A stretch of DNA of 64,000 bases, from assembly GCA_963741945.1 (NCBI GenBank), contig CAVUKA010000003.1:659998-723997 (forward strand), written 5' to 3'. Position 1 is the stretch's first letter; the number at the start of each line of letters is the position of its first letter. Origin of the DNA: an uncultured Gemmatimonadales bacterium. Its GTDB lineage: Bacteria; Gemmatimonadota; Gemmatimonadetes; Longimicrobiales; RSA9. Shown here piece by piece: positions 57,275-64,000 of the stretch. Both the position numbers and the translations under genes were made by a program. The notes under the pieces were generated by a model. It was not told the origin of the DNA and did no database searches. It saw only the letters and a program-made list of their open reading frames with translations.

Positions 57275-57316
57275 CGACCGGGGACGGCCGGTCTCTCTCC
57301 TCCCGGCCCGCCCGTC

Positions 57317-58429
57317 TCAGAGCCGAACCGCCGCGCCTCCCCGGGAGACCGTGTCAGCGGCCGACCCCTCCGGCTCGAGCCACGCCTCCAGCTGCTCGGC
57401 GCGCCGCTCCTTCGTGTGTTCGGCCAGTACCCGCGCCCTCGCCGCCTCGCCGATGGACCGGCGGTCCGCCGCGTGCATCGTCAGCGCTTCCAGCACGCCG
57501 TCCGGCCCGCCGGGGAGCACGATCTCACGGCCGGGCGTGAACAGCTCTTCCAGCCCCTCCCACCGATCCGACAGCATCGGCGCGCCGCACGCCGCCGCTT
57601 CGAACAAACGCACGGAAGGTGACCATCCGGCCCGCTTCATGTCCGCTCGTGTCAGGTTCAGCTGCCACGCCGAGCTGGAATAGAACGCGGCGTGACGGGC
57701 GGGCGGGACGTGGTCGATGTGACGGACGTTCCGCGGCCAGCTCCCGGGATCGGGATACTGGGGCCCGCCCACGACGAAGCTCGCCGCCGCGCGTCGGCGC
57801 GCCGGCTCCAGCAGCAGCCGCTCCATCCCGGGAGCGCGGTCGTCGCTGTACGTGCCCATGTACGCCAGGTCGGCCACGAACTCGGGATCCGGATCCACCG
57901 GTCGATACAGCTCGGCGTCCACGGAGCAGTAGAGCGGCCTGGCGTCGCGGGCCCCCAGCTCCGCTTCCAGCACTTCGGACAGGAACGGGCCCCCGGTGAA
58001 CGAGAAATAGCGGTGGAAGAGCGGTACCTGGTCCGGCCGCAGCGACACGGTCTCCCCCCGGCGCAGCTGCGCCACCGTGACGGGCGTGTCAATGTCATAG
58101 AAGCAGAGCCGCTGGGCGCCCGCGCCGGCCAGGGCATCGATCACTCTCGGCCCTTCGTGGACGTACGACCCCACGATCGTGGCATCGGCCTCCCGCGCTT
58201 CGGCCAGCGCCCGCCCGGCCACGGCGTCCCACGACGCGTACAGCTCCAGCCGGCAGAAGTCGGGGTCCGGCAGGTCACGATGCTCGCCCCAGTACCACGG
58301 CGCGTCCCACTCGTAGAACACCACCTCGTGGCCCCGGGCCGAGAACGCACGGAGCAGCGCCCGGTACGTGGTGGCGTGACCGTTCCCCCAGCTCGAGCTC
58401 AATGACAGTCCGACCACCACGACCTTCAT
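57317..58429 (-). CDS. CgeB family glycosyltransferase
   Basis: SLSSSWGNGHATTYR, FYDIDTP and GWSPSVRLFEAAACG. Confidence 0.9.
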   Translation of the reverse strand: MKVVVVGLSLSSSWGNGHATTYRALLRAFSARGHEVVFYEWDAPWYWGEHRDLPDPDFCRLELYASWDAVAGRALAEAREADATIVGSYVHEGPRVIDALAGAGAQRLCFYDIDTPVTVAQLRRGETVSLRPDQVPLFHRYFSFTGGPFLSEVLEAELGARDARPLYCSVDAELYRPVDPDPEFVADLAYMGTYSDDRAPGMERLLLEPARRRAAASFVVGGPQYPDPGSWPRNVRHIDHVPPARHAAFYSSSAWQLNLTRADMKRAGWSPSVRLFEAAACGAPMLSDRWEGLEELFTPGREIVLPGGPDGVLEALTMHAADRRSIGEAARARVLAEHTKERRAEQLEAWLEPEGSAADTVSRGGAAVRL

Positions 58430-59547
58430 CGGCTCGCCCCCTCCCGGAGGATCGCGTCCACCTGCTCCGCCCGGCTCGCGTACGTGTGATCGCGCAGCGC
58501 GCGGCGTCGCCCGGCGTCGCCCACCTCGCGCGCCCGCTCGAGCCCCACGTCCCGGACCATCCCGGCCACGTCGTCGGGCGTCCGCGCCACCAGGATCTCC
58601 CGTCCCGGCTCGAAGAACGCTTCGATCCCCGTCCAGGCGTCGCTCACCTGGCACGCGGCGGCGCCGGCCGCTTCGAACATGCGCGTGGCGGGCGAGTACC
58701 CGTTCTCCACCATTGAATCCCGGTGGATGTTCAGCACCAGCCGGGCGGCACCGTTCAGCTCGTTGTGCCTCGCCGTGGGCACATGCCCGAGGTAATCGAC
58801 ATTCCCGGGCATGGCGCGATCGCCCCAGCCGCTCCCGCCCAGCGCGAACGAGTGGTGCGGGCACGCCGCCGCCACGTCGAAGAAGAACGCGTCGACCCTC
58901 GCCTCACGGTCCGGGAGGCGGTTCCCCATGAAGAACGCATCCCAGCGCGGGGGTCCGCCGTTCCGCTCCGGCCGGTGCTCGGCCGGGTCCAGCCCGTTGT
59001 AGACGGGGGTGCACGCCCGAGCCCCCAGCCGCTCGTACTCCCGCACCACCGGCGGGCCGCCGCCGTACGTGAACACGTGGTCGAAGAGCGGGAGGTGGCG
59101 GTGGAAGGGGTCGTCCGGGTCCACGCGCAGCCGGGCGAGCGTGGCCGGAGCGTCCACGTCCCAGAACGCGGTCCTTGCGACGCCGGGCGCCCGCGCCGCT
59201 CCGGCCGATCCGGCGGCGCGGGATTCCACGGCCCCGCCGGCGGCGATGGCACGCTCCAGCGCGGCGTCCCACACGCCCACGCCGCTGCACTTGATGACCC
59301 AGTCGCTGTGGCGGAGGGCCTCGGCCACCAGCCGGTCCCGCTCCTCCTCCGAATCGTAGACCACGACACGTGCGTAGTCCGGGTCCTCGGTCAGGTCGCG
59401 GTTCGCCTGGCGGTCGAACGCATCGGGCTCGCAGAACGTGATGTCGAACCCGCGCTCCGCCAGCGCGCGCAGGAGGCCGCGGTAGTAGGTGGCCGCGCCG
59501 TTCCAGTACGCGGAAACCAGGGAAGATCCGAAGAAGGTGAGCTTCAT
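58426..59547 (-). CDS. CgeB family glycosyltransferase
   Basis: SSLVSAYWNGAATYYRG, FWDVDAPAT, GNRLPDRE and SPATRMFEAAG. Confidence 0.9.
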   Translation of the reverse strand: MKLTFFGSSLVSAYWNGAATYYRGLLRALAERGFDITFCEPDAFDRQANRDLTEDPDYARVVVYDSEEERDRLVAEALRHSDWVIKCSGVGVWDAALERAIAAGGAVESRAAGSAGAARAPGVARTAFWDVDAPATLARLRVDPDDPFHRHLPLFDHVFTYGGGPPVVREYERLGARACTPVYNGLDPAEHRPERNGGPPRWDAFFMGNRLPDREARVDAFFFDVAAACPHHSFALGGSGWGDRAMPGNVDYLGHVPTARHNELNGAARLVLNIHRDSMVENGYSPATRMFEAAGAAACQVSDAWTGIEAFFEPGREILVARTPDDVAGMVRDVGLERAREVGDAGRRRALRDHTYASRAEQVDAILREGASR

Positions 59548-59561
59548 CGCGTTCCGGGCGT

Positions 59562-60686
59562 TCAGGATACCGCGCGCAGCGCGGCCTTGCCCGGGTTGTT
59601 CCGGCCACCACGGCCGGTGAGCTCGAAATAGAGCGCCTCGTAGCGATCGGCCATGTGCGCGGCCGTGTAGTCGGTCCGGGCGCGGATCCTGGCCTGCCAC
59701 GCCTGCTCGTTCAGCTGCTGCGCATCCTCGAGCAGGTTCTCCAGGCGCACCGCCAGGTCCGCGGCGCTCCCCGGCTCGAAGAAGGAGGCCGCGTCCGTCC
59801 ACAGCTCCCGGAAGGAGCCGATCCCACTCAGCAGGAGCGCGCAGCCGTGCGCGGCCGCCTCCAGCGGGGAAAGCCCGAACGGCTCGTACAGTGACGACCC
59901 GATATAGACGCGCGTGTTCTGGTAGAAACGGTCCATGGCCGCGCCCGGGACTTCCCCGTGGGCAATGAGGCGGTTCACCACCGCCCGCTCGCCCGCCGGC
60001 CCCTCCAGCGGACCCACCAGGTGGACCGACGGCGCCTGGTCCCCCATACGCTCGAGCGCCTGTTCCACCACGGCCACGCCCTTGGCCTCGTCCCACGCCC
60101 GCCCGGCCAGCAGCACCATGGGACGGTGCGACGCCCGCACTTCGTCGCGCGGCACGTCCGGTGGACGGATGCCGTTGTGGATCACGCGCGCGGCCGTTCG
60201 ACCGTAGTGCTGCGCCAGCCGCCCCGACTGGTACGCCGTGGGCGCCACCACGGCGCTCGCCGCGGTCAGGGCGGCGCGCACCAGCTTCGTGTACGCATCC
60301 CAGGCGGGGGGCGGGTCGACGCCTTGGACATCGACGAACCAGGAGCGCACATCGCTGTGGGCCGTGACCAGGACCGGGGCGTCGAACCGGCCCACGGCGT
60401 ACGCGAACTGATTCAGGTGAATGACGTCGGGCCGCCAGCGTGCGGCCACCCGCTCCAGCCACTCCGTCCCCCGCTCCAGGTCCTGACCGGGGTCGGGCAT
60501 CCATTCGAGCGCCAGCGCCTGGCTGACCACTTCCACGTCCGTCGGGAGCGACGCCGCGCGCTCGTCCGACAGCTCGCCGAGCACCGCGATGGCGCAGCTG
60601 TGCCCGCGCTCGAGAAGCTCGCGCACGAGCGTGTCCGTGTACCGCCAGACTCCGCCGACAGTATCCGTCGTGAGAAGAATCCTCAT
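59562..60686 (-). CDS. GT4 family glycosyltransferase
   Basis: TTDTVGGVW, GRAWDEAKG and YEPFGLSPLEAA. Confidence 0.9.
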   Translation of the reverse strand: MRILLTTDTVGGVWRYTDTLVRELLERGHSCAIAVLGELSDERAASLPTDVEVVSQALALEWMPDPGQDLERGTEWLERVAARWRPDVIHLNQFAYAVGRFDAPVLVTAHSDVRSWFVDVQGVDPPPAWDAYTKLVRAALTAASAVVAPTAYQSGRLAQHYGRTAARVIHNGIRPPDVPRDEVRASHRPMVLLAGRAWDEAKGVAVVEQALERMGDQAPSVHLVGPLEGPAGERAVVNRLIAHGEVPGAAMDRFYQNTRVYIGSSLYEPFGLSPLEAAAHGCALLLSGIGSFRELWTDAASFFEPGSAADLAVRLENLLEDAQQLNEQAWQARIRARTDYTAAHMADRYEALYFELTGRGGRNNPGKAALRAVS

Positions 60687-61714
60687 GGTCCGTATATGCG
60701 GTCAATGACCTCCGCGACGGCCACCAGCTCCTCTGCCGCCGCATCATACGACGGATCGTCCGAGACCCGTCCGGCCCACGCGATCGCCGCCCGCCCGCCC
60801 CAGCTGTCCGGCGGCTCCACGAGCGTTTCCGCCCCGGTCCCACGGTACAGCTCCGCCCGGAAGTCGTAGAACGAGCCATCCACGTTCAGCATGGCCGCGC
60901 CCCCGTCCGTGCCATGGAAGCGCGCTTCGATCACCGCGTCCCGGCCCGCGTCGAGGTTCCAGGAGCAGGAGAGCCGCACCACGCGGCCGCCATCCAGCTC
61001 CAGTTGAACTTCCGCGTGGTCCTCCACTTCGGCAACATCGCGCGCGCGAACGCCACCGGCGAACAGGGCGGCGTCCACCGCTTCGACGCGCCCGCCCATG
61101 ACCCAGAGCGCCAGGTCCACGAGGTGGATGCCGAGATCCATCACGCACCCGCCACCGGAGAGCGCGCGGTCGTAGAACCACTCCTTGTCGGGGCCGTACG
61201 CGTTGTGGAAGACGAGGTCGGCCGCGTACACGTCACCCAGGTCGCCGGCCCGGATCCGCTCCCGCAGCGCCCGCATGGCGGCAGTGTGCCGGTACGACAT
61301 GTCGACCCCGAGCAGCCGGTCCGCCCGCCGCGCGGCATGCACCACCCTTCGCACTTCGTCGGCCGTGCGGCCCAGCGGCTTCTGGCAGAACACCGGGAGC
61401 CCACGCTCCAGCGCCGCCCTGGCCTGCGGGGCGTGGAGCGCGCTGGGCGTCGCGATCACCACGCCATCGATGTCGGCGTCCAGAACGTCGTCCAGCCCCG
61501 CGCCGTAGCGGGCGCCCGGGTACGCGCGGCGGAGCGCCGCGAGAGCGTCGTCCGACGGATCGGCCACGGCCGCCACCGTGGCCGCGCCCGCCTCGACCAG
61601 CGCGTCCATCCGGTTGCGGCCGATCCAGCCCACGCCCACGAACGCCAGCGCCGGGGAGCGGGAGAGCGCCCGCGGCGGTCGGCTCTCGGGCGTCCTGGAG
61701 GCGACGGTGGTCAT
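60683..61714 (-). CDS. Gfo/Idh/MocA family oxidoreductase
   Basis: GVGWIG, IATPSALH, FCQKP and GGGCVMDLGIH. Confidence 0.9.
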   Translation of the reverse strand: MTTVASRTPESRPPRALSRSPALAFVGVGWIGRNRMDALVEAGAATVAAVADPSDDALAALRRAYPGARYGAGLDDVLDADIDGVVIATPSALHAPQARAALERGLPVFCQKPLGRTADEVRRVVHAARRADRLLGVDMSYRHTAAMRALRERIRAGDLGDVYAADLVFHNAYGPDKEWFYDRALSGGGCVMDLGIHLVDLALWVMGGRVEAVDAALFAGGVRARDVAEVEDHAEVQLELDGGRVVRLSCSWNLDAGRDAVIEARFHGTDGGAAMLNVDGSFYDFRAELYRGTGAETLVEPPDSWGGRAAIAWAGRVSDDPSYDAAAEELVAVAEVIDRIYGP

Positions 61715-62715
61715 GACCGGACGATCGCTTTAAGGAAGCCATCGGGGCGGTCGCGGGTGGCGTCCAGGGCGTCGCCGAGCCGCTCCAGCGCGAAGGCATC
61801 CGTGATGAGCGGCTCGGGGTCGAGCCGACCGTCCACCGTGGCCTCGACCGCCTGGCGCACACCGCCCAGGTACTGGGACGGATCGCGCTCGTGGGCATTG
61901 ATGACGTCCAGCCCGCGCCAGTTCCACAGCTGCATGTCCACCTGCCGCGTACCATCCTGATGGTACCCGGCAATGACCAGACGACCGCGCACCCGCGTCA
62001 GCCGCCCCGCCAGATCCAGCGGGCCCTGCTTCCCGGTGGCTTCCACGACGACGTCGCACAGCATGCCGCCCGTCTCTTCCTCGATTGCCGCCACCGCCGC
62101 GTCGTGGTTCGTGACGTCCAGCGTGCGGTACGCACCCGCGCGCGCGGCCACGTCCCGGGCGAACGGCCGCCTGGACAGGCCGATCACCCGCGCGCCCGCG
62201 GCCACCGCGAGCTGCGTCACCAGCGCGCCGAGGAAGCCGATCCCCACCACGGCCACGGTCCGCCCCTCTTCGATCCCGCTCCGCTGGAACACGTTCATTG
62301 CGCAGCCCAGCGGCTCACCGGGAAACGGGATCGCGTCGAGCTCGGGCGGGAGCGGAACGACCTCCGCCGCCGGCACCGTCATGTAGTCGGCAAACGCCCG
62401 GTCGCCCAGCGTCGCCACCCGGTCGCCTTCGCGGACGTTGTGCACGTCCGCACCGATCACTTCGACCAGGCCCCACCCTTCGTGGCCGGGGCTCCCCGGC
62501 GGGAACGGGTAGTCGAACCAGGGCGCGCCCTTCCACGGGCCCAGGTTCGAGCCGCACACTCCGCACCCCTGCAGCCGCACGACCACGTCCGTGGGGCCCG
62601 GATCCGGAAGCGGAATCTCCCCCACCTCGATTCGGCCGGGCTGCGCGAGCACCGCCGCCCGGGTGGTCTCCGGCGCCGCACGCGCTGCGGCTTCCTTCGC
62701 GACCCCCACCTTCAC
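61711..62715 (-). CDS. Zinc-binding (MDR) dehydrogenase
   Basis: GVCGS, PGHEGWG, EPLGC and GIGFLG; GTG overlaps the upstream TGA. Confidence 0.88.
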   Translation of the reverse strand: MKVGVAKEAAARAAPETTRAAVLAQPGRIEVGEIPLPDPGPTDVVVRLQGCGVCGSNLGPWKGAPWFDYPFPPGSPGHEGWGLVEVIGADVHNVREGDRVATLGDRAFADYMTVPAAEVVPLPPELDAIPFPGEPLGCAMNVFQRSGIEEGRTVAVVGIGFLGALVTQLAVAAGARVIGLSRRPFARDVAARAGAYRTLDVTNHDAAVAAIEEETGGMLCDVVVEATGKQGPLDLAGRLTRVRGRLVIAGYHQDGTRQVDMQLWNWRGLDVINAHERDPSQYLGGVRQAVEATVDGRLDPEPLITDAFALERLGDALDATRDRPDGFLKAIVRS

Positions 62716-63788
62716 GACACCGCCTTGAGGCGACTGGCGCGGCGAACTGCGGCAGGACGAGGAAGGTCCGCCGCCTCCGCCGACTCCAGCCATTGTACCA
62801 GCCGCCCCAGCCCCTCGTCCACGCCCACGCGCGGGCGCCAGTCCAGCCGCTCGCGGATCTTGCGCGTGTCGGAGATGTACACGCGCTGGTCGCCCGGACG
62901 CCACCCGGCCATGCGCACCGGGACGTCCCTCCCGGTGATCCGGCTCAGCCGGTCCACCACCTCGCGGACGGACACGGCATTCGACGGACCGCCGCCCACG
63001 TTGAACACTTCGCCGGCGACCTCATGGGACCGATCGAGCGCCGACCGCATCACGCGGACGAGATCCTCCACCCAGAGGATGTCGCGGACCTGGTGGCCGT
63101 CGCCGTAGATCGTGATCGGGTCGCCCGCCAGGATCGCCCGGGCGAAATGGGCCACCCACCCCTGGTCCTCCGTGCCCCACTGCCGGTGCCCGAAGATGCA
63201 GCTCATGCGCAGCACCACGGTGGGAATGTCGAAGATGCGCGCGTAGTCGTGGACGTACTGGTCCGCCGCGCCTTTCGAACAGCCGTAGGGCGAGTGGAAA
63301 TCCAGCGGCGTGTCCTCGCCCACGCCCTCACGCCCGCCCGCGAAGACGTAGCGGTCGCGGTCGTGCTCCACCCCCACGCCATCGAGCGCGCCATACACCT
63401 TGTTGGTGGACGTGAACAGGATCGCCGGCGGGCGGTCCAGCTTCCGCGCGGCCTCCAGGATGTTGAACGTCCCCACCAGGTTCGTGCGCAGGTCGTCCGC
63501 CGGATCCTCCAACGACGTCGTCACCGCCACCTGCGCCGCCAGGTGGAAGACCCGGTCGGCGCCGCTCACGAGCCGCTTCACCAGGTCCGCGTCTCCCACG
63601 TCGCCTACCTCGAGGCGGGCGGCGCCATTGTAGCGGCGCTTCAGCCATTCCGCGTTCCGGACCACGCCCGGACGGGAGAGGTTGTCCAGCAGCACCACGC
63701 CCTCGCCGTTCCGCAGATGCGCGTCGGCGAGGTTGGAGCCGATGAACCCGGCGCCCCCCGTGATCAGTGTATAGCCGTTTCCCTTCAT
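62712..63788 (-). CDS. NAD-dependent epimerase/dehydratase (CDP-paratose 2-epimerase-like)
   Basis: TGGAGFIG, HLAAQVAV, STNKVYG, SPYGCSK and QVRD. Confidence 0.92.
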   Translation of the reverse strand: MKGNGYTLITGGAGFIGSNLADAHLRNGEGVVLLDNLSRPGVVRNAEWLKRRYNGAARLEVGDVGDADLVKRLVSGADRVFHLAAQVAVTTSLEDPADDLRTNLVGTFNILEAARKLDRPPAILFTSTNKVYGALDGVGVEHDRDRYVFAGGREGVGEDTPLDFHSPYGCSKGAADQYVHDYARIFDIPTVVLRMSCIFGHRQWGTEDQGWVAHFARAILAGDPITIYGDGHQVRDILWVEDLVRVMRSALDRSHEVAGEVFNVGGGPSNAVSVREVVDRLSRITGRDVPVRMAGWRPGDQRVYISDTRKIRERLDWRPRVGVDEGLGRLVQWLESAEAADLPRPAAVRRASRLKAVS

Positions 63789-63799
63789 TCTTCCCTCAC

Positions 63800-64000
63800 T
63801 CAGAATGCGAGACCGCGAGCGGCCAGGTCGGCTGCGTGTTCGCCCGCTTTCGAATCGGGACGATCCTGCGTCCGCAGCCACCCCAGCAGCTCCGTCATTC
63901 CGTCCTCCAGCATCACCTGCGGCTCGTAGCCCAGCAGTTCCCTCGCACGACCAATGTCCGCCGTGCAGTGCCGGACATCACCGACGCGGTACCGCCCGGT
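63800..64000 (-). CDS. C-terminal part of another NAD-dependent epimerase/dehydratase (5' end outside window)
   Basis: TGRYRVGDVRHCTADIGRARELLGYEPQVMLEDGMTELLGWL..RGLAF*. Confidence 0.8.
   Translation of the reverse strand, partial: TGRYRVGDVRHCTADIGRARELLGYEPQVMLEDGMTELLGWLRTQDRPDSKAGEHAADLAARGLAF

Noticed and set aside
1-64000. rRNA, tRNA, prophage, integrase or defence genes
   Set aside because: None were recognised by eye. A tRNAscan/Infernal run would be needed to exclude small RNAs.

Overview
This is a very GC-rich bacterial chromosomal segment. SusC/SusD pairs, many lipoproteins and peptidases suggest Gemmatimonadota, which is an inference. It holds about 50 CDSs and no rRNA, tRNA, CRISPR array or transposase that I could recognise. 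Contents in order: start of a 2-oxoacid:ferredoxin oxidoreductase operon; PLP decarboxylase, CocE/NonD hydrolase and beta-carbonic anhydrase; a DUF4956-like membrane gene coupled to an unusual CYTH-like/Nudix-like/PPK1 fusion; two SusC/SusD pairs; a feoB-Cys-rich-feoA operon with a Fur-box-like operator; a peptidase/creatininase/ketopantoate-reductase/SDR operon; a probable exported selenocysteine peroxiredoxin (in-frame TGA plus SECIS-like hairpin); a ~250-bp element bounded by inverted repeats; an M16 protease pair; tex; PBP1A; an S1/P1 nuclease; and part of a CgeB-type glycosyltransferase/epimerase cluster. The best candidate for an undescribed system is the DUF4956 + CYTH-Nudix-PPK1 module, a possible membrane-linked polyphosphate system. 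Next are the secreted Sec-peroxiredoxin and a Pro-Pro-stop uORF in a susC leader. Three apparent frameshifts near short G/C runs look like long-read assembly errors. All family calls come from motif recognition by eye; no database search was run.
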